Assembly (NCBI GenBank): GCA_015680685.1
Contig: MNCI01001903.1
Coordinates: 1-64,000 of the forward strand
Direction of reading: 5' to 3'
DNA: 64,000 bases
DNA from: Gnetum montanum
Lineage: Eukaryota > Plantae > Gnetophyta
The position numbers and the translations under genes are program-made. Positions 1-12,539 of the stretch are shown here, one piece after another (within the stretch, counting starts at the first letter, position 1; each line of letters opens with the position of its first letter). Under the pieces are notes generated by a model. That model did not search any database. It was given only the letters and a program-made list of their open reading frames with translations, and was not told where the DNA came from.

Positions 1-311
1 TTAACGAACCGGTGACTGGGCATTTCTCAAACTAAGGACAGACTCGAGGATTTGAAACGGGTGTGACTTCAAGGGAACTTGGTGCTCTTGTGTTGGTCAT
101 TCACTTGGGTGCTTGGATGTTTTCTTCTTGGGTTTTCTTACCGTTCCGATGTAACCCAATAATCGGAAGCTGAGACAATAAAAATAAAGAAGTCTCTGCA
201 TGGTGTGGTCCCCACGCATAAAAACACCAAACATGAAAAAAGAAAAAAAAATGGAAAAAAAAATGAAAGAAGAAAAAAGAAGCTAAAAAGCTAAAAGTGA
301 GGATTCAAAGC
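1..311 (+). repeat. Near-identical copy of 1452-1761 (3' non-coding region of an Athila-like element), ending at a single-N contig join
   Basis: Matches 1452-1761 apart from a few substitutions and one A-run length difference; N at 312. Confidence 0.9.
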
Positions 312-343
312 NCACACACTTTACAGGTGCAACCTTTCGAAAG

Positions 344-1237
344 TTGATGCAACGTTTAGGGGTTGAGCATAAACTAACCACACCTTATCACCCCCAAGCT
401 AATGGTCAAGCTGAAGTTACCAATAGGGAGATCACCAGAATCTTAACACGGACAGTTAGCAAATTTAGGCGGGACTGGAGCACGAAACTAAATGACGCTC
501 TTTGGGCATATCGCTCCACTTGGAAGCTCCTTACAAGATATTCTCCCTACGAGCTCGTGTACGGAAAACTTCCAAAACTACCTATCCAGAGCGAACTCCG
601 TACACTCTCCATGGCTTTTGAACTTCACTTGGATCTCAACCTAGCACAAAGGCAACGACTGGCCACCTTAAATGTGTTAGATGAAAATCGATTAGTTGCA
701 CTGTCGTTAAATGAGTTACACAAGGCACACAATAAACAATGGCATGACGTGAGGATCCGAAGGTTTAGATATAAACCAGGAGATAAGGTTCTTTACTGGA
801 ACCCCACACATGTACCTCAACGTACGAAGTTTCAAACCCTGTGGGAGGGACCTTACATTATTCATACTACCTTTCCATCGGGAGCCATGATGATATACAA
901 GCCTGATAGCCCAGATAAACGCCTATTGGTTAATGTACAACAGACAAAACCTTTCCGTGCATCTGTGACAGCCAGTATAAGCCACAATTCTAATAACCCT
1001 CAACCTCGCTCACTTTTTCGGATCTCTCCCTCACAACTCAGTCATGGGGGAGATGGCCACCTATGCCAGTCATATGGGGCCCTCAGTTCTTTTTCAATTT
1101 TTGTTTTACACATTTTTGTTTTACAACGTTTTTGTTTTCCCCATTTTTTTTTTACAATTTCTTTAACTTTTCTTGTTTTTTTTTTACAACATCGTTATAT
1201 TTTTCTATCTTTGTGTGTGTGTGTGTGTCATCTATGA
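344..1237 (+). CDS. Ty3/gypsy integrase C-terminal part (core end plus GPY/F motif), running on into non-coding sequence
   Basis: ORF track; homology to 5760-6266 ends at QLSHGGDG (~1060). Confidence 0.85.
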   Translation: MMQRLGVEHKLTTPYHPQANGQAEVTNREITRILTRTVSKFRRDWSTKLNDALWAYRSTWKLLTRYSPYELVYGKLPKLPIQSELRTLSMAFELHLDLNLAQRQRLATLNVLDENRLVALSLNELHKAHNKQWHDVRIRRFRYKPGDKVLYWNPTHVPQRTKFQTLWEGPYIIHTTFPSGAMMIYKPDSPDKRLLVNVQQTKPFRASVTASISHNSNNPQPRSLFRISPSQLSHGGDGHLCQSYGALSSFSIFVLHIFVLQRFCFPHFFFTISLTFLVFFLQHRYIFLSLCVCVCHL

Positions 1238-3029
1238 TGGAGGTTCGTCTTCCAATAAGTGTTCGGGCCAATGGGATGAACTGTTTTTTTTTATTAATTG
1301 CTAATGTTTGGTTTTTACCTTTAAGTTACATTGTTGATACTAAGGTATGTTCTTTTGATATGGCAGGCAATGAGATCACTTCATCCATCCATCCATCAAG
1401 TCTATGGTTTCCCTTGGCTTGGACATGTACAGTTCCCCTCCAATAAGAACTTTAACGAACCGGAGACTGGGCATTTCTCAAACTAAGGACAGACTCGAGG
1501 ATTTGAAACGGGTGTGACTTCAAGGGAACTTGGTGCTCTTGTGTTGGTCATTCACTTGGGTGCTTGGATGTTTTCTTCTTGGATTTTCTTACCGTACCGA
1601 TGTAACCCAATAATCGGAAGCTGAGACAATAAAAATAAAGAAGTCTCTGCATGGTGTGGTCCCCACGCATAAAAACACCAAACATGAAAAAAGAAAAAAA
1701 AATGGAAAAAAAATGAAAGAAGAAAAAAGAAGCTAAAAAGCTAAAAGTGAGGATTCAAAGCACACCCCTTAGACGGAATAAATTTGGGCTACAAGCACTG
1801 GTTATGGAACCAAAGTGTTCCCTCTGACTAAGGCCCTTCTCACTTCCCATTCTCTCTGTTGTTTCGTCGGAATGGTGGTGGCTTCTCGAAGTTGCATCCT
1901 TGTTACCCAAGTGGATGATTTCGCCAGCTGCATTGATGCGAAGTCACTGGAAGTGGTTGGTTTGAGCCCAGAGTTGGAATGAGATTCGCCAAGTCACATT
2001 AATCATGTAACACACAAGGGGCTGTCCACCACCTTGTTCTTGGGATTCCATTCCACTTCTCTTCTTCCCATCCTTCTCTCCATTGTTCACCTCATTGCCG
2101 GTTGTATCATTGTATATACTTTGGTTGATGCTTTGTTTTCTTTTTGGTAAATTCTTTCGGTTAAGACTTTAACTCTTGTTTCCAAAGGACATTCCCCGAG
2201 CCCACGGACTCTTTGAATGTGGGATTGTCAGGGCATTAAGGGCATGAGCCTGCTTTGAGGAGGACCCACTGCCATTCCTATTTGGAACATTAGTTAACTT
2301 CTTTTCCTTAACGTTTTGCAATTAATTAACATTTTTGTTCATTTCCATCATGACATCCTTTTTCTCGATGCCATAGTTTTCCCTTTTTACCTATCATTCC
2401 TCTTCCTTTTCTCTCTCCATTCTAACTCGTCCGGATGATCGAGATTAGTCATGGGGGTACGGGGCCTGATTTTTCAATTTTTATCCTAAGCCCCGGATTT
2501 TTTCGTTTTTCTTCCTGACCCATATACCCTCGGTAGTCATCATCTACATTTTCCCAGATCTGTATCAGCCATACCACACCTTAGCCAGTGAACCTAAACC
2601 GAAGCAAGGTATGCTTTACTTCATGATTCAATTACCCTTGCTAATATATGATGGTGTTGTGTATGCAGATGGTAGTCATACAACAAAAGAATGGATCTGG
2701 AGCAGACACTTGGAATGGAGCAGCGCTGAAGCAGTACGCAAGGAGTGGAATTGATAATGCGCTTACAGACGAACAGCGAAAGGCACAATCTAGGCGTTGG
2801 CAGCAACAAGACTCCTCTCTCCTCTTTTCTCTCAAGCTGCCAACTGTGGCCTGATGTCATTGTAATAAGGTGTTCACCCATGTTGTCATGAACACCAGTT
2901 TTTGTCAAGTCTTGTAATAAAGACCGTTCACATGCCATCCCATTAGTTCCATTTTCCCTAATAATCCCATACCTACCTGATATCATTGTAAGGAACTCGA
3001 GGATGAGTTTTCATTCAGTCATGGGGGTA

Positions 3030-3818
3030 TGATGAGACGCGATTTGCACTAGGCCGCCATATCGCGGCTGCCACGATATCGCATCCCATGCGATATCGCG
3101 TCCTGCCGCCATTTCTATAAATAAGAGGCGGCACTCCCTTCATTTNNNNNNNNNNNNNNNNNNNNNNNNNNNNNNNNNNNNNNNNNNNNNNNNNNNNNNN
3201 NNNNNNNNNNNNNNNNNNNNNNNNNNNNNNNNNNNNNNNNNNNNNNNNNNNNNNNNNNNNNNNNNNNNNNNNNNNNNNNNNNNNNNNNNNNNNNNNNNNN
3301 NNNNNNNNNNNNNNNNNNNNNNNNNNNNNNNNNNNNNNNNNNNNNNNNNNNNNNNNNNNNNNNNNNNNNNNNNNNNNNNNNNNNNNNNNNNNNNNNNNNN
3401 NNNNNNNNNNNNNNNNNNNNNNNNNNNNNNNNNNNNNNNNNNNNNNNNNNNNNNNNNNNNNNNNNNNNNNNNNNNNNNNNNNNNNNNNNNNNNNNNNNNN
3501 NNNNNNNNNNNNNNNNNNNNNNNNNNNNNNNNNNNNNNNNNNNNNNNNNNNNNNNNNNNNNNNNNNNNNNNNNNNNNNNNNNNNNNNNNNNNNNNNNNNN
3601 NNNNNNNNNNNNNNNNNNNNNNNNNNAAAAAAATCACATACCTCAGACTTGCTTAACCATACACCGTGACACATACAAGCAAGCCTGGGAAGACAACGAA
3701 CGATTAACCCCAAGTGTTTCTTGTGGCGTTAAGGCATTTAGTCTGCGGAGTTCGACCGGATCGCGCGTGTACGCTCATATTCGTATGGTGGAGTGTAGGG
3801 GTACCTTGCCACTCATCA
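3030..3818 (+). repeat. 3' LTR of A1 (contains an assembly gap)
   Basis: TGATGAG directly after the PPT; ends GCCACTCATCA; both ends align with the LTR at 8148-8990. Confidence 0.8.
3146..3626. other. Assembly gap (N run)
   Basis: 481 N. Confidence 1.
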
Positions 3819-6266
3819 GCTACTATAGTTTTCTGGATGGTTACAATGGATATAATCAAATTCAAATAGCACTAGAAAACCAAGCCAAGACTACATTCAC
3901 AAGTCCTTGTGGGACATTTGCATATAGGCAGATGCCATTTGGCTTATGCAATGCCCCAACAACATTTCAACATCAGGTTCTAAGTATATTTTAGTAGCAA
4001 ATAGAGAATGATGTGGAGGTCTTTATGGATGATTTCTCCACCTACGGAGTGGACTTTGAACAAGCATTGGACTAATTAGAGTAAGTACTTAAACAATGTG
4101 TTGAAACCAATTTAAGGCTCAACTAGCAAAAAAATCATTTAATGGTCCAAGAAGGCATAGTATTAGGGCATTAGATTTCACAAACAGGGATAGAGGTAGA
4201 TCCTAAAAACATTAAGGTCATCCAAGGAATCACTCATCAACCTGAAATGGTAAAGGACATCCAATCATTCCTTGGACATTCTAGCTATCATAGACACTTC
4301 ATAGAGAAATTTTTGAAGGTTTGCAAAACCATTGGTAGATTTCACAAAAAATGATGTACCTTTCAAATGGACCAAAGAGCATGAACTAGCTTTCCAAACT
4401 TTGAAACAGAAGCTTGTAGAAACACCCATTCTACAAGCTCCTAATTGGTCCAGAATGTTCCATATAATGGCTGATGCATCCAACTTTGAGTTAGGAGCTG
4501 TATTTACATAGTTAGATGACCAAAAATTCCCCTATTACATTCACTGTGAAAGTCAAAGTATTGTTGGTGCACAACTCAACTACACCACAATAGAAAATAA
4601 GTTAATCGCTATGGTGTTTGCACTAGAAAAATTTAGGCACTATGTACTGGGCTATAAGATATTTGTACACACAAATCATAGTGTAATAGGGTTCCTAATG
4701 AATAAACCAATGGTGAGCCCTTACATCATACGATGGCTCATGATCTTACAAGAGTTCAATCTTATGATGATCGATTGTAAAGGCACCAAGATGCTGTCAT
4801 TGATCATTTATCTCGATTACAATGGAACAACAAAGAGGATGAATATCCAATTTCTGACCATTTCCCTAATGAAATCCTCTTTGCAGGTGTGATAAACAAT
4901 CACTTACCCACTGCTACAAATTGGTATAGTAGCATTCTCACTTATCTTCTTACACAAGAAACACCACAAGGACTAGATGTTAGAAAGAAACAACAGTTTC
5001 TTCACTGAGCCAAATATTTCATGGAAATCAATGGACACCTTTATAAGGTATGTCCCGATGGCTTGGTTTGATGGTGTGTTCCAAATGTAGATCAATTGCG
5101 AGTTCTCCAAGACACTCATGAGGGCCCTTGTGGGGGACATTATGCTGAGAGACGAACAACCATTAAAATATTGCTTACAGGATATTATTGGCCTGCATTG
5201 TTTTGGGATGCTCATCATTTCATCCAATCTTGTGAACACTGCCAACGCGATGGGGGAATGACTGCTAAAATGGATTGTCCAAAATAGTGGATTCAACCTA
5301 TAGAACCCTTCGACATATGGGGTATTGATTTTATGGGGCCTATTACACTAATGTCCAATGGAAGAGCATACATCATTGTTGTTGGTGATTATTTTACAAA
5401 GTGGAAAAAAATTAATCACTATTATGGACTGTACATCATCTACCGCTACACGATTTGTTCAAAAAAAAATCATAAACAGGTTTGGTGTGCCTCACGCACT
5501 TATTTCTGACAATGGTACATATTTTATAGGTGTGACTTTTCGAAATTTGATGCAACACTTAAGAGTTGAGCATAAGTTGACTACACCATATCATCCTCAA
5601 GCGAATGGTCAAGAAAAACTTACTAATAGGAAGATCACAAAAATATTGACATGGATCATTAGCAAATATAGGCGAGACTAGAGCACCAAACTGAATGATG
5701 CCCTTTGGGCATACCACTCCACATGGAAACTCCCTATAGGCTACTCTCCCTATGAGTTAGTGTATAGTAAACTTCCAATACTTCCTATCCAAGCTGAGCT
5801 CTGTACACTATCTATAGCATGTGACCTTAACCTTGACCTCAATCTAGCACAAAAAGAATGGTTAATGAATCTTAACTTACTAGATGAAAACCAGTTAGCC
5901 ACCCTGTCACCCAATGAACTACACAAGGCCTTTAACAAACAACGTCATGACCTGAGGATTAGGAAAGTCAAATACCAACCAGAAGATAAGGTTCTATATT
6001 GGAATCCCACACATGTGCCACAACAAAATAAATTTCAAATGTTGTGGGAAGGACCTTATATTATTCATAGAACTTTCCCCTCAGGGGCCATGATGATCTA
6101 TAAACTTGAAAGCCCAAATAAGAAATTATTGGTGAAAATCCAGCAAACCAAACCTTTCCATGAGCCTATAACAACTAGTATTAACACTACCTCTGTTAAT
6201 GGAAAATCTTTCTCATTATTTTGGGTCTCCTCCTTCCAACTTAGTCATGGAGGAGATGGCTGCTGA
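3819..6266 (+). pseudogene. Degenerate pol: RT, RNase H, integrase
   Basis: FLDGYNGYNQI, MPFGLCNAPTTFQ, VFMDDFS, ADAS, FALEKFRHY, HEGPCGGH..C..CQ, WGIDFMGP, ISDNGT, WEGPY; many stops and frameshifts. Confidence 0.93.
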
Positions 6267-7922
6267 TGCTAGTCATTCTGAGCCTTAGTTTCTTTTGTCT
6301 TTTTTTTTTTTACGAATTTTTGTTTTACACATTCTTATTCTTTACTTATTTTTTTTACACCATTGTTAACATTTTATTATTTTACTATTTTTTTCTCTAT
6401 TACATTTTGTTTGAGTAAATCTCACTCATCATATAATAAGTGCTCATGATGGTGGAGAATACTATAATAGTGTTGATTGCTAATGTTTGGTTTTTACCTT
6501 TGACTTTTAATGTTGATACTAAGATATGGTTTTTTTTGATAAAACAAGAAATGAGTCCACATCATCCATTCATCCATTCAGCTATATGGTCTCCCTTAAT
6601 CTTGGAACTGTACTGTCCCTTTTTCTAGGTAAACTTATTAATGAATTGGTGGCTTGGTATTCTTTAAACCAAGGAAAGATTCAAATGGATTAAAAATGGA
6701 TTCAATGCATTTGTGTTGGCTATTCTCTTGGGTACTTGGATGTTTTTCATAAGTTTTCCATCATTCTTCTCTTGACCAAATATCAAGAAGTTGACTAAAT
6801 CAAAAAAGTCTTTGCATGGTGTGGTTTTCAAAAAAAAAAAACTAGTGAGAATTCAAAGCATACCCGATAGACATCATAAAGAAACATGGGCTACAAGCAC
6901 TAGTTATGGCACTGGTAAGACATGTTACCCATGCCTGAAGGTTCCCTCTAACTAAGGTCCTTTCTTGCTTCTTGCTTCTCTATCTTCCTCTTGTTGGAAT
7001 GGTGGTGGCTCTGTGGATGCATTCTTGTTGCTTCTAGAGGATGGGTTGGTCAAGTGTGTTAATGCAAGGTCACTGGATGTGGTTAGTTTTAATATGGATT
7101 TGGGCTGAATTTTATTAAGTCACCTTAATCATATACTACACAAGGGACTTTACACAACCTTGATTTTGGGATTCCATTCCATTCCATTCTCTCTTTCCAT
7201 ATTTCTTTCCATATTTTGCCTCATTGCTTATTTTATGATTAGTCCATATCTTGGTTTCCGCATTATTATTCTTTGGTAAACTCTTGTGGGTAAGTTCTTG
7301 ACCATTGTTTCCCTATGTCATTCTGAGAGCCTACATAATTTTGGTTTTTGGGTTTGTCAGGGCATTAAGGGCATGAGCCTGTTGTGGGGAGGATCCACTA
7401 GCATTCCTTTTAGATGCAATTGTTAAGCTTTTTCCTTTAAACATTTCTTGCAATCAACTATTTCTGGTTCACCCCATCAGCGACATCCATTTTTGTTTTG
7501 TCTTAATGGCTTCACCATTGTTATTTCTCTCATATTTCTTGTTCTTTCATTTTTTCCACCCTATCGCCACCAAAGGTTTGCTCTTAGTTGTGGGGGCCTT
7601 GTCACAAATTTTATCTCACCCCTACATCTTGGGTAGTCATCAGTTATAAACCTCTAGCCTAGTATCTGCCATACCCACAACCTAGCCCATGTGCTTTATA
7701 GCGAGGCAAGGTATCAACGACATTATGCCTTATCTATCGTTGCTAATTCATGACTGTGTTGTGTATGCAAATGGTGATCTCACAAAAAATGGACCAGGAT
7801 AGGAGGGAGCACTCAGGATGGATTAGAGCAAAAAACATTTATGCAAGGAACAAGCTTGATGATGTGGCCATGGATGAACAATGATGTGCACATTTTCAAC
7901 ATCAGCAGCAACATGCCTCATT

Positions 7923-7948
7923 TCTCTCTCTCTCTCTCTCTCTCTCTC
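7923..7948 (+). repeat. (TC)n microsatellite
   Basis: 13 TC units; the homologous site in A1 (~2815-2833) is only CT-rich. Confidence 0.9.
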
Positions 7949-8147
7949 CAAACTATCAAATGAGGGTCTACATGTCATCTATGAATAGTATTCACCACAA
8001 TGGTTATGAACACCAATGTTGTAATATGTTTGTTGATTCGTTCACCTAGCACTTAAGTTTGTCAAATTGACATTCAATCAATAATCCCATACCTTTCCAA
8101 TATTTTTTAAGGAACTCAAGGACGAGTTTTCATTAATTGTGGGGGTA

Positions 8148-8990
8148 TGATGAGCCGCTATATTGGGACTGTGATATCACATCCGCGATATTAGAGCCTA
8201 CCAAGTGATATCAAACACTCGATATCAGAACCTGTCTCGTTGTTTATAAATAAGAGACTGAGGCACTTGGTTTTGGAATTAGATAGTTAGTTTTCGTAGT
8301 CCCTTAACCCAAACTCTTGTAGTTTTCCCTTTCTAGAGTTAGAATTATTTCTAAGTGTCCACAGTAGGAGTCATAAAGTGAACAAATCTTTATTCGAGCA
8401 TTGTGTACTTGAGCATACCTTGGGTCTAGAAATAAAGATGAACTTTGTGATAGACCTTGCAACATTCAAAATAGCTTATTTATTGCATTTAATGTTATTT
8501 ATAGTTATTTAATGCTTTCATTAGTTAATTGGTTGTTTTTATCTATTTGTTAATTTTCAACAAGTAAGCACACTCAGTACAACCAATTCAAGCATATTTG
8601 GAACACTTGGTAACCTAGTAACGACTAGCGTTTGGTAATCCTAGTAGTATTACACTAGTTTAGAATGTGTATGGAGAGTGGGAATGGATGCTAGTGTTAG
8701 GACTAGTTAAAGCATAGTTGATTAGTTAAATTAAATTAGTTACTTGATTATTTCATTTCTCCATTCTAAGCACTAGGAACATAAAACATAAAAAAGCATA
8801 AAAATCACATACCTCATTTTTACTTAACCATACAATCGTGCCATACAAGTAAGCTTAGGAAGACAATGATCGCCTAACCCATCCTTGTTTTGTGAAGGCA
8901 CATAAGAACTTAGTTCTTGGAGTTTGACTGGATCATGCATGAATGCTCATATTCGTATGGTTGAGCATAGGGGTACCTCGCCACTCATCA
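8148..8990 (+). repeat. 3' LTR of A2
   Basis: TGATGAG...CTCATCA termini; PPT upstream; TATAAATA ~8245. Confidence 0.9.
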
Positions 8991-10950
8991 ATTGTCCTAA
9001 AGCATCATTTTCCTTTATACATGCCTTTTCAGACTCTTATAGAAGATACTTTAGATTTATTTTCTCAATGGGTCTTTGCATAGATCCACCACTATTATCA
9101 AAAGTCATCTTCACCATATCCTTGTTTAATTTCTTCTTATCTTATATTTTTTAGTGACTCTTTTATGGACTTAGCTTTCTTAACTAAAGCTTTATAGTGT
9201 CCACTCTTCTTACTTCTTTCCTTTTATCCATTGTGAAATCCTTTGAATTTCACACTAAGTTGTAATCTCTCTTGCAAGTGCTTCAATACCATATTAAGAT
9301 TTGGTTATGTTTTATATTTCATTATGTTCATGATACAACATTGGTGCCTCAAGAGATTTTACAAGGAGATTCACTTTTCATAACCAACAATAATATCAAT
9401 ATCATGGATATGTAAGATTGCATCTTTCTTTGTATTGATGATTGATCTTTGTAATTTCTGGTAGTTCTAAGTATCATAATTCTTACTAATTTTGGATACT
9501 TACAAATCATCTTATGATGAATAGAGATACATTGTAGTAATTCTGTAACTTAATACTCATTCCTTATTTTTGGTAATTCATAACATCATCTTTGAGCCTG
9601 CTATATCTCCAACTTCTACCTTGCTAAAAACTTCCTGTGTTTCAATGATGTTGCTCTTTCTAGTCATACATCTTCTTTTGGTTTGTATTCACTTCTCCAT
9701 TGTAAGATATAATATACTTATGACTAGGGTCCGTAACTCAATATATTATGAATTCTTGTACTTGGACTTGGTTCAATGTACTTTATTACATTCCTCTTGA
9801 ACTTAACTTCACAAAATTTTCTTGTACTTCATTAAGTCATTACTAACTTAACTTCACTAGACATTAGAAAATACTTTTTTGTAGCATATTCTTCTTCTTT
9901 AGCTACATCTTTACAATGTTTTCCTTTGCATATTACTCATGATAGATCTTCTAATAATTTTTCTTGTTGGTTAGTCTTACATGAACTGGGCTCTTCTTGG
10001 ACTCCTTCAGTAATCCATAGCTTGGCCTATTAGGGACTACTACCTTATTAGTAGCCTATACCTCTTAACAATGGCATTCTCTACCTCCTTAAGAAATTGG
10101 ATTAAGTTATGAATCTCTCACCTTGGATCTTCTCTTCCTATTTAGGAAACTAGATCCTTCTTTACTTCTTTTTTTACGAAAAACTTGATAACCTTTTTGG
10201 TTTCTTGGATTGTCATTACAAATCTATAGATCATAACAACTTCTTTGTTTCATTGCACTTCTTGTTGCTAAATTCTTCTAACATATCTATTGTTCCTTGT
10301 TCCTTCTTCCTTTTTCTTGTTTCTTGTACCATCTTCATTCATTGTTGTTCATCTTGTTCCATCGTTGTTCAACGTTTCATATTTACTTATTGTTCTACAG
10401 TTATATTACAACATGAGAATTTACAATCTTTTGTCCTTCATAAGGAGTTGTGACTATTTACTAAACCATCACAACTATTTGTAAATACTGATAAATTAAG
10501 TTTAAAAAATAATGGGTATACTGTAACTTAGGAGTATACTTTAACAACATGTCTATATGTTGAAATCATATCTAAGCATAAGTTATCATAGCCATTCAAT
10601 TCAAATACTAAAAATTTTATAGGATTTTTAGCAAACGAAAAATATAATATCTCAAGAATTGTAACTCCAATTGTAGTAAACCACGGATTAAAACCAACAT
10701 TTTTAAACATCCCAAATACCTTGGTTAGATCATATCATGGGTAGGATAACATCCTAAGATACTTTTTAACAAAGCTGATTTATGAAATATTTAATTATAA
10801 TTAAAAGTGAACTCTAAATTCCAATTTAATGACACAAAGTAATGGAGAATATAGCCTCGGTAGGGTTAGGATTAAAAATACTCCATGAATAGAGTATTAT
10901 ATAATCACATGTGGACAATAAGTGATAAGGACATCATATAATTCCCTAAA

Positions 10951-12539
10951 TGATGTTGTGTTTTTTACTTTAGATTTAACATGTTTTGGATGTGTTTGAG
11001 GATGTTTTGAAACATATGAGATATTTCAGGATCAATGGGAACATGTTTGGTAATGTTTGGGTGTCTCCTACTTTACAAAAAACATCCTTATGGATAGCTC
11101 TGACCAAAAAGACATCTTTTTTAAGAGAAAGATGTCGCATGCAAGTGAAAGTCTTTTGTGGTTGAAAGATGTCTTCTCTATGAATGGTCAATCTCTAGAA
11201 AGATGTGATGAGTGGCGAGGCACCCCTACACTCAACCATACGAATACAAGTGTTTCACGCACTATCTGGTCGAACTCCATAGATGGACTAGTTGCAGTAT
11301 CAAGATGGTTATCCTAAGGTCGCAGTTCACTGTCTTCCCATTTGGACTAGTGTTAACTTTGTCACGTATGGTTTAGTCAAGAATGAGGTGTATGATATGT
11401 TCCTATACTAATGTTACTCCTGGGTGTAATGGAAAATGATATTAACTAAGCTAAGGGAGAGAGGGTGAGAGAGAATCTAAGCTAGCCTAAGTGCAATGAG
11501 CATCCATTCCTCAATCATCCGTACACATCTTGGACCTCGTGCATGACTACCACTGGGATTACCAAGCGTAGATCCTAGGTACGCTACTGGGTTACCAAGT
11601 AGTCACACTTAAATGCTCATAATCAAGTCGTACTCCTTCTGCATTTAACAGGAGTTTAGGGTGAAGAGATATTAACTAAGAAAGCGGTAAATAAAAATTA
11701 AGTAAATAATTAAACTCAGTGAATGCTGCAATGATAAAGTAATCTCGATCTTTATTTCCGGTCATGTGCATGTCTAAGTACGTCACACTCGAGTCAGGAT
11801 GCCATACAATTACAATCACCACATTGTGGGCATGCACTGGGGGAGGGGAGAAGGGTTAAGAGAAGAACTACTTAAAACTAAACACTTAAAGCTAAGAACT
11901 AAAAACTAAGAACTTAAAACTATCTACCAAATCTATCTACCTCTTATTTATAGATGAGGAGACAAGCTGCTATATCGCGTACATGATATCATAGCCAACG
12001 AAATGATAACTTATCAAGATGCATTCTTAGGCCAAAGATGTCTTCTATGCATGATCAGGTCTCAACAAATACATCTTCCCAAGAAAAAAAAGGTATCTTC
12101 TCAAGTAGACTCTAACAGATATTAATTTGGATTTTAGGTGTCAAGGGGAGATGAATAATCATCCAAAAAGCTATCAAAATACATAAAGACTTGCGTTTGG
12201 GTAGGATATTTTTAAGAGAAATTCTAGTCTCAAGGTAGAGATGAGAAGAAAGGTCTCTCAAGTGTGTGAACCTCTAGGGAGAGAGGTAAAGTGGCTTGAG
12301 AGAGAGGTAAGCTCTTCTTGAGCATTCTTGTTCTAATTGTCATCCATCTTGGGCAAATGTGTGTGAGGGAGTGAGAAGAGTCATCATTATATGTCCATGG
12401 AAGTTGTATGTCCCTAGCATTTGTATGAATCTTCATATTTTCAAGCAAGAATAAAGAGTTTTGTTTCTTTTCTTCTTTCAATTGTGAGATTTTGTGGCGT
12501 TTGGCTTCAAACTGAGTTCTTGATGCCTTGTCTACATCA
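10951..12539. mobile_element. Probable solo LTR of a different family, interrupted by another solo LTR
   Basis: Termini TGATGT...ACATCA; flanks CTAAA/ATAAA (4/5 TSD match); AAGATGTCTTC motifs continue on both sides of the nested insert. Confidence 0.6.
11206..12016 (-). mobile_element. Athila-like solo LTR with TSD AGATG
   Basis: Begins with the reverse complement of the A1/A2 LTR end; perfect 5-bp TSD at 11201-11205 and 12017-12021; no PBS or PPT adjacent. Confidence 0.9.

Larger units (their letters stand above)
313..3818 (+). mobile_element. Athila-like Ty3/gypsy element A1, 3' part (integrase end, ~2 kb 3' region, PPT, 3' LTR)
   Basis: Integrase motifs TPYHPQANGQAE, ALWAYR, WEGPY; PPT AGTCATGGGGGTA 3017-3029; LTR TGATGAG...CTCATCA; keeps many CpGs, so relatively young. 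Confidence 0.88.
3819..8990 (+). mobile_element. Athila-like element A2 (older relative of A1), from within RT to the 3' LTR
   Basis: Collinear with A1 over integrase, 3' region, PPT (TTGTGGGGGTA ~8137-8147) and LTR. Confidence 0.9.

Noticed and set aside
1-312. Apparent tandem duplication of integrase and 3' region
   Set aside because: The junction is a single N, so a scaffolding join or two collapsed copies is more likely than a real duplication
1063-1446. Hydrophobic F/L-rich ORFs (also 26752-26988, 61865-62116) as membrane or env proteins
   Set aside because: They are translations of T-rich non-coding tracts that follow pol or gag
3015-3713. Long ORFs 3015-3713 and 3140-3637
   Set aside because: Artefacts of the N gap
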